A DNA stretch of 64,000 bases from an uncultured Gammaproteobacteria bacterium (GCA_964394685.1 CAYMYO010000001.1:14-64013), one strand, 5' to 3'; shown: positions 36,041-47,031, counted from the first letter of the stretch. Notes: generated from the letters alone by a model not told the origin. A program made the numbers and translations.

Positions 36041-37024
36041 ATGAAATTGCTTGTGACAGGCGGAGCTGGGTTTATTGGATCTAACTTTATTTTATATTGG
36101 CTTGGAAGCCACAAAGAAGATCAGATAGTAAATTTAGATAAGCTTACGTACGCTGGAAATCTTGAGAATCTCACAACTGTTGAGCATGATAAGCGCTATA
36201 CATTCATCCATGGTGACATTTGCAACCACGACGATGTAACCAAATCAATGCAAGGAGTGGATGTGATCGTTCATTTTGCGGCAGAAAGTCACGTCGACCG
36301 TTCAATATGTGAGGCTGCTCCATTTGTCTCAACAAACGTCGTTGGCACACACGTGTTACTTGAAGAAGCGATGAAACAAAAAGTAAAACGGTTCCATCAT
36401 GTGTCAACAGATGAAGTATTTGGATCATTGGAATTAGGATCAGAGCAAAAATTTAATGAGCATTCTGCCTATGATCCGCATAGTCCATATTCAGCAACAA
36501 AATCAGCCTCGGATCATTTAGTTCGTGCGTACTATCATACCTATGGACTTCCTATAACCATCACAAATTGTTCCAATAATTATGGTCCGTTTCAATTCCC
36601 GGAAAAATTTATTCCCCTTACAATAACGAATCTTATAGAAGGGAAGAAAATACCGTTATATGGTGATGGGTTAAATGTTCGGGATTGGCTATATGTAGAA
36701 GATCATTGTCGGGCCATTGATGCGGTTCTTCAAAAAGGCAGTATTGGGGAAACATATTGTATCGGCGGAGTTACAGAGGATATTAATAATCGAACAGTCA
36801 TTGATAAAATCCTGGCCTTTTTTGATACATCCGAATCAGAAATTGAGTATGTGAAAGATCGCCTTGGACACGACCGCAGATATGCTATTGACTGGTCAAA
36901 AATTCGTATTGAACTTGGTTGGAGTCCTGCGTATGATTTTGATGCAGGCTTAGAAAAAACAATTCTTTGGTATAAAGAACACGAATCATGGTGGAAAAAA
37001 TTAAAAACAAGGGGGAAACAATAA
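36041..37024 (+). CDS. rmlB: dTDP-glucose 4,6-dehydratase.
   Basis: MKLLVTGGAGFIGSNF, YSATKSASDHLVRAY (YxxxK). Confidence 0.95.
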   Translation: MKLLVTGGAGFIGSNFILYWLGSHKEDQIVNLDKLTYAGNLENLTTVEHDKRYTFIHGDICNHDDVTKSMQGVDVIVHFAAESHVDRSICEAAPFVSTNVVGTHVLLEEAMKQKVKRFHHVSTDEVFGSLELGSEQKFNEHSAYDPHSPYSATKSASDHLVRAYYHTYGLPITITNCSNNYGPFQFPEKFIPLTITNLIEGKKIPLYGDGLNVRDWLYVEDHCRAIDAVLQKGSIGETYCIGGVTEDINNRTVIDKILAFFDTSESEIEYVKDRLGHDRRYAIDWSKIRIELGWSPAYDFDAGLEKTILWYKEHESWWKKLKTRGKQ

Positions 37025-37911
37025 TGAATATCATTGGTACCGGCTTATCAGGATTGGTTGGATCGCGTGTTGTGGCCCTACTTTCAAATCACACATGTGA
37101 AGATTTGAGCTTAGAATCAGGAGTTGATATTACAAAATTTGATGAGGTAGAAAAAAGACTTACTGCCTCCACTGCTCCCTGGGTGCTTCATTTTGCGGCA
37201 TTTACTGATGTACAGGCAGCTGAAAAGGAAAAAGACAAAGGGAATGAGAGTATTTCATGGAAAGTGAACGTAGAAGCAACGAAAAACATTGCTTCACTAT
37301 GCCGGAGGCTCGGTAAACACATGCTGTATCTTTCAACAGATTATGTATTTGACGGTATTGCAGATTCATATAATGAAGAAGCGGTTGGTAATCCACAGGG
37401 GTGGTATGCGAAAACGAAATATGAGGGGGAGAAGATCGTAAAAGATTTGAAAGATTGTGGATTAGTAGTAAGGATTGCTAATCCTTACAGGGCAAATTCC
37501 AGTTGCCTGCCTGCCGGCAGGCAGGGCAAAAAGGATTTTATGCATAAGATCTTAGAAAGACTGCAACAAGGGCTTCCTATTGCAGCTCCCACCAATCAAA
37601 AAATGACAGCTACGTATATTGATGATTTAGCACATGGAATCGAGAAATTGATATCGATAAATGCCACAGGGGTATATAACATTCCCGGAGCTGATAGTTT
37701 TTCTCCATACGAAGGAGCCACGATGATTGCAGAAGTGTTTGGAATAGACCAAAAAAATATCTCACAAACAACATTTGAGGAATATTTTGCAAATCGTGCT
37801 CCGATTCCGCAATATGGAGTACTGACGCATGATAAAATTGAATCTCTCGGGATAAAGGTTCATACATTCCGTGAGGGATTAATTGAAATTAAACGGATGG
37901 AGGAGAAATAA
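37024..37911 (+). CDS. rmlD: dTDP-4-dehydrorhamnose reductase.
   Basis: MNIIGTGLSGLVGS...YAKTKYEGE; TAATG overlap with rmlB. Confidence 0.8.
   Translation: MNIIGTGLSGLVGSRVVALLSNHTCEDLSLESGVDITKFDEVEKRLTASTAPWVLHFAAFTDVQAAEKEKDKGNESISWKVNVEATKNIASLCRRLGKHMLYLSTDYVFDGIADSYNEEAVGNPQGWYAKTKYEGEKIVKDLKDCGLVVRIANPYRANSSCLPAGRQGKKDFMHKILERLQQGLPIAAPTNQKMTATYIDDLAHGIEKLISINATGVYNIPGADSFSPYEGATMIAEVFGIDQKNISQTTFEEYFANRAPIPQYGVLTHDKIESLGIKVHTFREGLIEIKRMEEK
37506..37525. repeat. 20-bp perfect GC-rich palindrome CCTGCCTGCCGGCAGGCAGG inside the rmlD coding sequence.
   Basis: Read directly from the sequence. It encodes LPAGRQ and sits in an AT-rich gene. Confidence 0.8.
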
Positions 37912-37912
37912 T

Positions 37913-39211
37913 ATGACTATTTCTTTTATTGGACATGGATATGTGGGACTTGTCACTGCTGCGGTTTTTGCGGATTTAGGCAATACCGTTTGGGTAGTGG
38001 GAAGAACAAAGGAAAAAATTGAAACGTTAAAAAAAGGAATCGCAACGTTTTATGAACCGGGACTATCGGAACTTGTCAAACGGAATGTTGACGCAGGGAG
38101 ACTGTTGTTTACCCTTGAGTATCATGAAGCAGTAGGGCCTTCAGAAATTATTTTTATTGCTGTTGGAACTCCGCCAAAGGAAAATGGAGAAGCCGATTTA
38201 ACAGAAGTGTTTAATGCGGCACGGGAAATAGGAAAAAATCTTTCGGGATATAAAGTAGTTTCGGTTAAAAGTACGGTTCCGCCTGGAACAAACAAAAAAG
38301 TAGCAGCAATAGTGGATGAGGTAAAACCAACGGGTTCATCATTTGCTATTGCTTCAGTACCGGAATTTTTGCGTCAAGGACAGGCAATTGCTGATACGAT
38401 GCACCCGCAACGGGTAGTCATTGGAACAACGTCTGATAGAGCGCAAAAGTTACTCGTGGATCTCCATAAGCCAATTAACACGAAAATAGTCTTATGTAAT
38501 GTCGAAACAGCTGAACTTATTAAATACGCTGCTAATTCGATGTTGTCAGTGAAAATTTCTTTCGCCAATGCGATGGCCATCTTGTCTGAAAAAGTTGGAG
38601 CTGATGTAGAAAAAGTACTTGATGGTGTTGGGCTGGACCAGCGAATTGGAAGAAGTTTTTTATATCCTGGAGTTGGATATGGGGGAAGTTGTTTCCCAAA
38701 AGATGTGAAAGCATTAATTACAATAGGAAAAGAGTATGGATATGATTTTACGCTTCTAAAAGCAACAGATGCGATCAATGATGAAGCCAGGTTGCATTTT
38801 ATAGAGAAAATTCAAAATCATTTTCATGGAAAGTTACAAGGAAAAACAATTGCTGTTTTGGGTCTTTCATTTAAACCAGATACCGATGACATGCGGTTTG
38901 CGCCATCAGTCACCATCATAGAAGTCCTGACAATGGGCGGAGCAAAGGTAGTTGTATATGATCCGGTTGCAATAGAAAACGCAAAAAAGGTATTACCCAA
39001 GAATGTTATATTTGCAGCTTCTTCATATGATGCGGTAAAGGACGCTGATGCGGTCGCGGTTCTTACGGAGTGGAATGAGTTTCGGCAGTTGGATATGGTG
39101 AAAATCGCTAAGGGGTTAAAAGAACGGGTATTATTTGACGGACGGAATATCTATGATCCTCAAACCATGAAGGATTTGGGGTATACCTACTATGGAGTAG
39201 GTCGGATGTGA
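37913..39211 (+). CDS. ugd: UDP-glucose / nucleotide-sugar 6-dehydrogenase.
   Basis: MTISFIGHGYVGLV, GGSCFPKDV (catalytic Cys), GLSFKPDTDD. Confidence 0.85.
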   Translation: MTISFIGHGYVGLVTAAVFADLGNTVWVVGRTKEKIETLKKGIATFYEPGLSELVKRNVDAGRLLFTLEYHEAVGPSEIIFIAVGTPPKENGEADLTEVFNAAREIGKNLSGYKVVSVKSTVPPGTNKKVAAIVDEVKPTGSSFAIASVPEFLRQGQAIADTMHPQRVVIGTTSDRAQKLLVDLHKPINTKIVLCNVETAELIKYAANSMLSVKISFANAMAILSEKVGADVEKVLDGVGLDQRIGRSFLYPGVGYGGSCFPKDVKALITIGKEYGYDFTLLKATDAINDEARLHFIEKIQNHFHGKLQGKTIAVLGLSFKPDTDDMRFAPSVTIIEVLTMGGAKVVVYDPVAIENAKKVLPKNVIFAASSYDAVKDADAVAVLTEWNEFRQLDMVKIAKGLKERVLFDGRNIYDPQTMKDLGYTYYGVGRM

Positions 39212-39227
39212 TGTATAATATATACAT

Positions 39228-40187
39228 ATGATTATAAAAAAGGCACTTATAACAGGTATTGCAGGATTTGTCGGAAGTCATTTGGCGGAACTCCTCTTAT
39301 CAAAGGGATTTGAAGTATATGGGTTATCAAGGCCCAGGTCAAGAATGGATCATATTGAAGCAATTAAAGATAAACTTCATCTTGAAGATGCTGATATATT
39401 AGATTCCCATAGTTTATACGGAACAATATCCCGCATCAAACCGGATTATATATTTCACCTTGCTGCTCAGTCATTTGTTCCCACTTCTTGGGTGTCTCCA
39501 TCTGTAACTTTAGAAGTCAATATTATTGGGTCTGCGAATTTATTCGAAGCAGCCCGTCAGGCAAAGATTGATTGTACAATCCAAATTGCGTGTTCATCAG
39601 AAGAATATGGGTTAGTGCATCCGGATGAGACTCCTATTAAAGAAACAAATCCTCTTCGTCCGCAAAGTCCATACGGAGTATCAAAAGTAGCAATGGACTA
39701 TCTTGGATATCAGTATTTTTGTTCCTATGGTATGAAAATTATCCGAACCCGTGGCTTTAATCACACAGGACCCAGACGTGGAGAAACGTTCGTAACATCA
39801 AATTTTGCAAAGCAAATTGCGATGATTGAAAAAGGAAAACAAGAACCCGTTATGAAAGTAGGCAATGTAGAGGCAATCCGCGATTGGACAGATGTTCGGG
39901 ATATGGTAAAAGGATATTTGCTTTCGGTTGAAAGATGCGATGCAGGAGATGTATATAATATCTGTACTGGAAAAGGGGTAAAAGTACAAGACATGTTACA
40001 TATACTTCTTGGTATGAGTAAGGCTAAAGTTGAAATTATTCAAGATCCAAGCCGCATGCGTCCGTCCGAAGTTCCAGTTCTTGTTGGAGATAACTCCAAA
40101 TTTGTTGCAAAAACAGGTTGGAAGCCGGAAATACCATTTGAAAAAACAATGGAAGACCTTCTTAATTATTGGAGAGAACGGGTATAA
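39228..40187 (+). CDS. NAD-dependent sugar-nucleotide dehydratase/epimerase of the SDR family, most similar to GDP-mannose 4,6-dehydratase.
   Basis: ALITGIAGFVGSHL, YGVSKVAMDYLGYQY (YxxxK), FNHTGPRRGETF. Confidence 0.7.
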   Translation: MIIKKALITGIAGFVGSHLAELLLSKGFEVYGLSRPRSRMDHIEAIKDKLHLEDADILDSHSLYGTISRIKPDYIFHLAAQSFVPTSWVSPSVTLEVNIIGSANLFEAARQAKIDCTIQIACSSEEYGLVHPDETPIKETNPLRPQSPYGVSKVAMDYLGYQYFCSYGMKIIRTRGFNHTGPRRGETFVTSNFAKQIAMIEKGKQEPVMKVGNVEAIRDWTDVRDMVKGYLLSVERCDAGDVYNICTGKGVKVQDMLHILLGMSKAKVEIIQDPSRMRPSEVPVLVGDNSKFVAKTGWKPEIPFEKTMEDLLNYWRERV

Positions 40188-40192
40188 ACGGT

Positions 40193-41314
40193 ATGAATCT
40201 GGTTATTATCCTTCCCACGTATAATGAGCGGGAAAATATCGAAACTTTACTTGATGCTCTTCATAAAGAAGCGAAGGATATTTCACACCACACATTTCTC
40301 TATCTAATTGTTGATGACTTTTCCCCTGATGGTACAGGGAATATTATACGAACCTACCAAAAAAAACATAAAGATACATATCTTTTAGAAGAAAAAAAGG
40401 AAGGACTTGGCAAAGCGCTTCTTCGAGGAATGACGTACGCGGTAGACAAATTGCATGCGGATTTTATTCTCCAAATGGACTGTGATTTATCGCATGACCC
40501 TGCGAGAGTTCCTGCATTTATTAAAGAAGTTGATAAGGGTGCAGATTTTGTGGTCGGAAGCCGATATATCAAAGGTGGATCAATTCCATCCAATTGGGGA
40601 ATTCATCGAAAAATATTTAGCGTTGCTGGTAATGCCATTGTTCGGTTTGGACTTGGATATAGCCATGTTCATGATTGGACAGGTGGATTTCGGGCTTATG
40701 CAGTGAAATATTATTACGAATTAAAAGATCAGATGGAAGCGTATGGAGGGTATGTATTTCAAATAGCGTTTTTACATAAAGCAATTTCCCATGGAGCCCA
40801 TGTCGTTGAAGTTCCCATTCATTTTACGGATCGTAAATTCGGTCATTCAAAAATTGCACCGGCTGAATATATCAAAAACGTTTTGCTGTATGTGGGAACT
40901 GCACGGTTACAGGCCATTGTGCGTGGCCCCTTTGGGAAGTTTCTGATTGTCGGTGGATTTGGATTTGTTATTAACGCTGGATTGCTTGTTATTCTTCGTG
41001 AATGGATGGGGTTGTCGCCAACAATTGCCAACCTTATCGGAGCAGCTGCAGCTATATTTTCTAATTTTAATTTGAACAATGTATGGACGTTTAAAAAAAA
41101 GAAAATTATTTCTTTTGGTACGTATTTGGCAAAATTAGCTCAATTTTATGGAACCTCACTATTTGGAGTTATTGTTATACAAACAGGAACGATCGCTCTT
41201 GGAGTGAGACTGTTCGGAGATAGTCAATATTTTATCTATTTCTTGGTTGGAACCGCATCTCTTCTTATTTGGAATTACACCATGTATTCAAAAATTATCT
41301 GGAAAAAAAAGTGA
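40193..41314 (+). CDS. Polyprenol-phosphate glycosyltransferase (GT2, DPM1/ArnC-like) fused to a GtrA-like membrane domain.
   Basis: LVIILPTYNERENI, VDDFSPDGT, DCDLSHDP; the C-terminal four TM helices are GtrA-like. Confidence 0.75.
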   Translation: MNLVIILPTYNERENIETLLDALHKEAKDISHHTFLYLIVDDFSPDGTGNIIRTYQKKHKDTYLLEEKKEGLGKALLRGMTYAVDKLHADFILQMDCDLSHDPARVPAFIKEVDKGADFVVGSRYIKGGSIPSNWGIHRKIFSVAGNAIVRFGLGYSHVHDWTGGFRAYAVKYYYELKDQMEAYGGYVFQIAFLHKAISHGAHVVEVPIHFTDRKFGHSKIAPAEYIKNVLLYVGTARLQAIVRGPFGKFLIVGGFGFVINAGLLVILREWMGLSPTIANLIGAAAAIFSNFNLNNVWTFKKKKIISFGTYLAKLAQFYGTSLFGVIVIQTGTIALGVRLFGDSQYFIYFLVGTASLLIWNYTMYSKIIWKKK

Positions 41315-41322
41315 TTTGTCAT

Positions 41323-42849
41323 ATGAAACACTTTCTACGATTATTCGTACCATACGTACCTATTCTAGTGATTCTCATTCTTGCAGCATATCTACGTCTC
41401 TATAGAATTGCCGATTATATGACGTTTTTAGGGGACGAAGGACGGGACGTACTCATTGTAAAACGGATGATTGTCGACCAAAAGTTTACTCTCCTTGGTC
41501 CGACAGCGTCAGTTGGCGGATTTTTCATGGGTCCTATTTATTACTATTTTATGCTTCCGTTTCTCTGGGCATGGAATTTAAACCCCGTAGGACCCGCGAT
41601 CATGGTGGCATTATTTGGAATAGCAACAGTGTTTCTGGTTTATTATGTCGGTAAGCAATGGTTTTCAAAACCCGTTGCCTTGATTGCTTCGCTTTTATAC
41701 GCCATTTCTCCAATTGTTATTGCATATTCCCGTTCATCCTGGAATCCCAATATCGTTCCGTTTTTTGCATTACTGTCAATGTATTTACTAGGAAAAGCAA
41801 TTTTAAAAACACAGTATAACCTTTTATTTTGGGTTGGGTTATGCGCAGGCATTGGAGTACAGTTGCATTACATTTATTTGTTTCTCATTCTCACGCAAGG
41901 AGCACTCCTTGGGATTCATTACCGAAAATTGAATTTTATTCATATTCTTTATCTCATTTTAGGATTTTGTCTGGGATTTTCACCATTTCTCGCGTTTGAA
42001 CTTCGTCATGGATTTACCAACTCGCGTGCCATTTTGGAGTTTGTATTTGCTGGAAAAGATACCGGTTTTCAGTGGCATCAATTCATCGGAAATATTCAAG
42101 ATGTGTCCACGAGATTATTCGGTCGATTTATCATTCGGATTCCAGAGGCAGGCGCTCTGGGGAATTTACCATCAGGAGTTCGTGATCCATGGCGGACCTC
42201 CCAATCACTTCTAACTATTGGAGGAATGATCGCACTTGTTATTTTATGGATTCGTGCAAGAAGAACGATTATACCTTCTCTTTTCGCTGGTTGGTTATTT
42301 ATCCCCTTATTATTTTTTGGAATTTACAAAAAAAATATATATGACTATTATTTTGGAATTTTTTTTCCGATTCCATTTTATCTTACGGCTCTTTGTATTA
42401 TTGACATTGCAAAAATTAAATATATAGGAAAAGTTCTTGCAGTTGGTATCTTTGCTTACCTCGTTGTTTTCAACTGGCAGGGACGACCGTTTCGCTATGA
42501 GTCAAATAGACAACTTGCGCAGGTAGAGATGATTTCAAAAGCTATTGTTGAAAAAACAGATAATAAACCGTTTAATTTCGCGCTTATTACGACCGGTAAT
42601 TCTGATCATGCGTACAGATACTTTTTTGAAATATGGAAAAAGTCGCCGCTTATTATTGAAAATAGCGTTGTGGATCCAGATAGAAAGACTGTAGCGAGTC
42701 AACTGTTAATTGTTTGCGAAGATATTTTTTGTCAGCCGCTTGGTAACTCTCTTTGGGAAGTAGCGGGATTTGGAAGAGCGGAGATTGCTGGTGTTTGGGA
42801 CGTCAGTGTTGTTAAAATATACAAGCTAGTTCATTATAAAGGACAATAG
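41323..42849 (+). CDS. Predicted polytopic GT-C-type membrane glycosyltransferase (family assignment uncertain).
   Basis: About 11 TM helices, an acidic first extracytoplasmic loop, and a C-terminal soluble domain. Confidence 0.6.
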   Translation: MKHFLRLFVPYVPILVILILAAYLRLYRIADYMTFLGDEGRDVLIVKRMIVDQKFTLLGPTASVGGFFMGPIYYYFMLPFLWAWNLNPVGPAIMVALFGIATVFLVYYVGKQWFSKPVALIASLLYAISPIVIAYSRSSWNPNIVPFFALLSMYLLGKAILKTQYNLLFWVGLCAGIGVQLHYIYLFLILTQGALLGIHYRKLNFIHILYLILGFCLGFSPFLAFELRHGFTNSRAILEFVFAGKDTGFQWHQFIGNIQDVSTRLFGRFIIRIPEAGALGNLPSGVRDPWRTSQSLLTIGGMIALVILWIRARRTIIPSLFAGWLFIPLLFFGIYKKNIYDYYFGIFFPIPFYLTALCIIDIAKIKYIGKVLAVGIFAYLVVFNWQGRPFRYESNRQLAQVEMISKAIVEKTDNKPFNFALITTGNSDHAYRYFFEIWKKSPLIIENSVVDPDRKTVASQLLIVCEDIFCQPLGNSLWEVAGFGRAEIAGVWDVSVVKIYKLVHYKGQ

Positions 42850-42853
42850 GCGC

Positions 42854-43609
42854 ATGAAACCAATATATTTGAGTGTCATTATTCCGGCATACAACGAAGA
42901 AACAAATATCAGGTTGGGAGCTATTGATAAGGTGGCTAGGTACTTAGAAGATCAACCATATTCTTGGGAAGTGATTGTTGTAAACGATGGGTCAAGCGAT
43001 AGAACTGCAGCACTTATCTCAGAATTCAGTAAAAAGAATTTTCGGTTTCGGCTTATTGATAATCCACATCAGGGAAAAGCTGGTACGGTTATGACCGGAG
43101 TTGCGGAAGCAAAAGGAGAGATTGTTCTTTTTAGCGATCTTGATCAAGCAACTCCTATTAAAGAAATAGAAAAATTATTACCATGGTTTGCCCAAGGATA
43201 TGATGTTGTCATCGGATCAAGGAAAGGACAGCGGGAGGGTGCTCCATTTTCAAGACGCCTTATGGCACGCGGATTTATGCTTCTTCGCACCATCATCTTA
43301 GGTCTGAAAGGGATATCTGATACTCAGTGCGGGTTTAAAGCATTTACCCAAAAAGCTTCGAAGATTATTTTTCATCGCCTAGCATTATATGGTCATCATA
43401 AAACAGTAACAGGCGCGATGGTGACTGCTGGATTTGATGTAGAACTTCTTTTTTTGGCGAAATCGTTTGGATATAAAATAAAAGAAGTACCTGTCGAATG
43501 GCATTATGTTGAAACTCGGCGAGTCAGCCCCATCAAAGATTCTTGGGAAGGATTAATGGATATCATTCGAATTCGTATGAATGCATGGAGAGATTTGTAT
43601 AAACAATAA
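42854..43609 (+). CDS. GT2 glycosyltransferase (polyprenol-phosphate sugar synthase-like).
   Basis: LSVIIPAYNEE, VVNDGSSDRT, FSDLDQATP, QCGFKAF. Confidence 0.8.
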   Translation: MKPIYLSVIIPAYNEETNIRLGAIDKVARYLEDQPYSWEVIVVNDGSSDRTAALISEFSKKNFRFRLIDNPHQGKAGTVMTGVAEAKGEIVLFSDLDQATPIKEIEKLLPWFAQGYDVVIGSRKGQREGAPFSRRLMARGFMLLRTIILGLKGISDTQCGFKAFTQKASKIIFHRLALYGHHKTVTGAMVTAGFDVELLFLAKSFGYKIKEVPVEWHYVETRRVSPIKDSWEGLMDIIRIRMNAWRDLYKQ

Positions 43610-43616
43610 AAATTTT

Positions 43617-44759
43617 ATGGGTGTTGTTATCCTATATGGCGTCCTTGCTATTACTCTTCTGTTGTATTCATTCACGCAAGTTGATTTAGGAATGACGTTA
43701 ACACAAGCCAGTATTTGGCAGGGTATTCAGAAACAATTTCAATATATTGGATTTTTTAATCGACCATTATCAACAGTACTGTTTATTTCACTTCTCAGTG
43801 CGTATTTTTTGGCGTACGTTGGAGTTTTGTGGGGGATACAGAAAAAGAAAATTTCTTCAAAAACTATGTGGGTGGCGATTCTCGTTACAGCCGGAATTTT
43901 GGTTTTTTCTTACCCCGCTTTTTCCTATGATTTATTCAATCATATGTTTACCGCCAAAACCGTTCTCGTATATCACAAAAATCCTTATCTTGTTACACCG
44001 CTTCAATTTGCAGGTGTTGATCCTTGGCTATCGTTTATGCACTGGACACACGTAACGAGTATTTATAGCCCGTTATGGATTATTATGACGTTATTTCCGT
44101 ATGTGTTTGGATTTGGATATTTTCTTCTCCTTCTATGGAATTTTAAAATACTCATCGTTTCCTTTTATCTTCTCGCTGTATGGTCCATTGGAAAGATATT
44201 AGAAAAAGATGGGAAAATTGCACAATTAACCGGTATTGCGGTATTTGCACTTAATCCGCTCGTTATTATTGAGAGCATGGTAAGTGCACATAATGACATT
44301 GTTATGATGGGGTTAGCACTTTTTGCAATTGTAATCTATGGAAACAAAAATAAAGTAACATCTTTTTTTCTTCTTGCCTCATCAATAGCAATAAAATTAA
44401 TGACGATATTTCTCATCCCCGCGTATCTTGTTTGGTGGAATCGAACGATTGCTCTTGTGGCTATGGTGATTGGACTAGTTCTCGTATTGACAGAGCGGGA
44501 AATAATGGCATGGTATCTTTTATGGATTTTACCTTTTATTGCACTGTTTCCAACAAAATGGAATCTAATTATCCTAACGAGCGGCTTATCGTTGGGAATA
44601 CAGCTGCGATATGCACCATTTTTGTACTATGGGAACTGGAATAGTCCGGTTCCTCAGATTAAAATATGGGTAACGGCTATTCCAATTGCAATAACCATCA
44701 TTGTTGCTATCGTAAGATTTACGCTTTCGAAACGAAATATCCGTTATTTTTTTGACTAG
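43617..44759 (+). CDS. Polytopic membrane protein; probable membrane glycosyltransferase or polymerase.
   Basis: About 11 TM helices and no soluble domains. Confidence 0.45.
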   Translation: MGVVILYGVLAITLLLYSFTQVDLGMTLTQASIWQGIQKQFQYIGFFNRPLSTVLFISLLSAYFLAYVGVLWGIQKKKISSKTMWVAILVTAGILVFSYPAFSYDLFNHMFTAKTVLVYHKNPYLVTPLQFAGVDPWLSFMHWTHVTSIYSPLWIIMTLFPYVFGFGYFLLLLWNFKILIVSFYLLAVWSIGKILEKDGKIAQLTGIAVFALNPLVIIESMVSAHNDIVMMGLALFAIVIYGNKNKVTSFFLLASSIAIKLMTIFLIPAYLVWWNRTIALVAMVIGLVLVLTEREIMAWYLLWILPFIALFPTKWNLIILTSGLSLGIQLRYAPFLYYGNWNSPVPQIKIWVTAIPIAITIIVAIVRFTLSKRNIRYFFD

Positions 44760-44769
44760 ATATTTAACT

Positions 44770-47028
44770 GTGATAAAAAGAATTTTTCTATTCGTTTTTT
44801 TATTCACAATCTTTTTCTCCTTTTTTTCTGGAGATTTGAAAGCTCAAGGGAATTCCACACAACCCGCAATTACAATAATTAACCTTATTCGCGGAAATGG
44901 ACTTGGACACGAAACAGACGATTTACTTACGAGTCTCAAAGCCCAATGGCAGGTTACAAAGGAGGCGGATGTTCGTGCAACGTGGTTATTCCAATATGGG
45001 GCACTTGAGAATGCTGGTATGACTGAATTTGTTAAAAGCGAGATGAAAGATCAGGAATTCGGATTGTTGTTCGAAATTGACAGAAATTATGCCGAGAAGG
45101 CTCATGTCCAGTTTCGGGGAAAAGAAGCATGGTATTTTTCTGACGGATTATTATTGAGCTCTTATGATCGGAACGAAAGACGAAAAATGATAGATGCTGC
45201 GTTTTCTAAATTTAGGAAAATTTTTGGCTATTATCCCAAAACAGTCGGTGCATGGTGGATCGGCGGAGATTCACTTTTCTATATGCAGAAAAAGTATGGG
45301 ATTACTGCGGCGCTTCGGGCGGCGGATCAATTTAATTTAGATTTTTATTCGATTTGGGGAACTCCGTGGAATATCCCATACCTTTCTTCTAAAGTTAATG
45401 AGGGAATACCGGCAGCTTCATATGAAGAAAGTGCAAAGGTTGTGATTTTGCAATGGGCAATACGGGACCCATTGAAGGGGTATGCAGATGCGACATATAG
45501 TTTGCAGGATTATTCGATGAAAGGATATTCAGCAGAGTATGTTGATTATCTCGCTTCAATTTTTTTGCTGAAACCCTTTGGAAATATTGTCATGGGACTC
45601 GAGAATGGCGGAACGCTTGAGATGTTTCAACAATCATATAAGGGAATGTTAAATAAAGCCAAGGAGATTCAAGCATCCGGAAAAGCAAATATAGTGCTGG
45701 CACGGGACTATGCTCAGAATTTTCTCGCGCAAAAAAAAGTATTTGCAGGAAGAACATATTTTCTTTCTACAGATTACGATTCTAATAATCAATCATTCTG
45801 GTATACGTCAGAAAATTATAGGGTAGCAGTGCATAAAATTAACGATGCGGTATATTTAGTTGATTTACGAAATTATGTTACAAAAACAGAAGAAGATTTT
45901 AACATCCTTCCGAATAGTCAGGGTCATTTACGAATAAACGGGCCGGAAATAATTGATTCAATGAGATTTCCCGATAATAGAATGTTAATCAAAATCACGA
46001 AAGAACCACTTTCTATCAAAGAAAAAGATAAAGAAGTGGCACTGTATGCGGGAAATGATGAAATTGCTTATTTTACTTCAACGGGATGTACGTTGTATCT
46101 GGAAAACAATAATGAGAAACATTTTTATTTTAATCAGGAAAAATTAAGAATACTTCCTATACAAATTATAATCTCTCTTTACATTCTATATTTTATTGTT
46201 CTTTATGTTTACAAAAAAAATATTCGTAACTTATTTAAAGAGTATGTATTGTTACTTTTTCCGCTTTTTCTTGCGTTTTCGTTATTAGTAAATAGTTCAA
46301 CCTTTCTTTTTGATAAAAAAGAGACACCATTGCTTCATTTGCTTTTTTCCTTAGACTTTTTGCCTGTTTTAGTTACTGTGTATTTAAGTAAAATCCTTCC
46401 GTTTATTATTCTTTTTGTTCTTCATTATCTATGCAGGAAGAAGTTTTTCTGGGGGTATTACTTAGTATTACTGTTGTTGTATATCCATGTGCCGTATTTT
46501 CCTCTTGATAAAACAACGTATATGTTTGTAGCAACATTTTTTATTGTTATTGCTATTGCGTTATTTGCTATTGCCTATTTTATATTCTTAAAGAATAAAT
46601 CGAAGAACATCGGTATGTTATGTATTATTACTCCCTTCATGACGCTCTTATATATTGCTGTAGCAGTTATTTTTTCAAGAAGCAGGTTGGCACTAACGAC
46701 ATACGAAATAAACGCACTGCAATTTATCAAAAATCAAAATAAAAGCGTATTGCATGTCGAACAGCTGAATTATTCCATAAAGCCAATATACAAAGCGGTT
46801 AAACCTCTCTTATATAAAAATTATCTTCTCGGACAAATGATAACCGATAAAAAATGGGAAATGGTTATTAGACCTGAAAACAATATTCTTAACATATCCA
46901 ATTATGACAATAAAATTATTGTTATCCCCAGATACATAGGTTCTGACATATCCGAGTATGAAATTAAGTTGTTAAACCTGAAAAAGATATTTGATAACGC
47001 TCAAATAGCACTATTTGAAAAAATATAA
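44770..47028 (+). CDS. Large exported/membrane protein: N-terminal extracytoplasmic domain plus a C-terminal multi-TM region.
   Basis: A GTG start gives a signal peptide (IKRIFLFVFLFTIFFSFFSG), a soluble domain of about 430 aa, then at least 8 TM helices. Confidence 0.4.
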   Translation: MIKRIFLFVFLFTIFFSFFSGDLKAQGNSTQPAITIINLIRGNGLGHETDDLLTSLKAQWQVTKEADVRATWLFQYGALENAGMTEFVKSEMKDQEFGLLFEIDRNYAEKAHVQFRGKEAWYFSDGLLLSSYDRNERRKMIDAAFSKFRKIFGYYPKTVGAWWIGGDSLFYMQKKYGITAALRAADQFNLDFYSIWGTPWNIPYLSSKVNEGIPAASYEESAKVVILQWAIRDPLKGYADATYSLQDYSMKGYSAEYVDYLASIFLLKPFGNIVMGLENGGTLEMFQQSYKGMLNKAKEIQASGKANIVLARDYAQNFLAQKKVFAGRTYFLSTDYDSNNQSFWYTSENYRVAVHKINDAVYLVDLRNYVTKTEEDFNILPNSQGHLRINGPEIIDSMRFPDNRMLIKITKEPLSIKEKDKEVALYAGNDEIAYFTSTGCTLYLENNNEKHFYFNQEKLRILPIQIIISLYILYFIVLYVYKKNIRNLFKEYVLLLFPLFLAFSLLVNSSTFLFDKKETPLLHLLFSLDFLPVLVTVYLSKILPFIILFVLHYLCRKKFFWGYYLVLLLLYIHVPYFPLDKTTYMFVATFFIVIAIALFAIAYFIFLKNKSKNIGMLCIITPFMTLLYIAVAVIFSRSRLALTTYEINALQFIKNQNKSVLHVEQLNYSIKPIYKAVKPLLYKNYLLGQMITDKKWEMVIRPENNILNISNYDNKIIVIPRYIGSDISEYEIKLLNLKKIFDNAQIALFEKI

Positions 47029-47031
47029 AGA

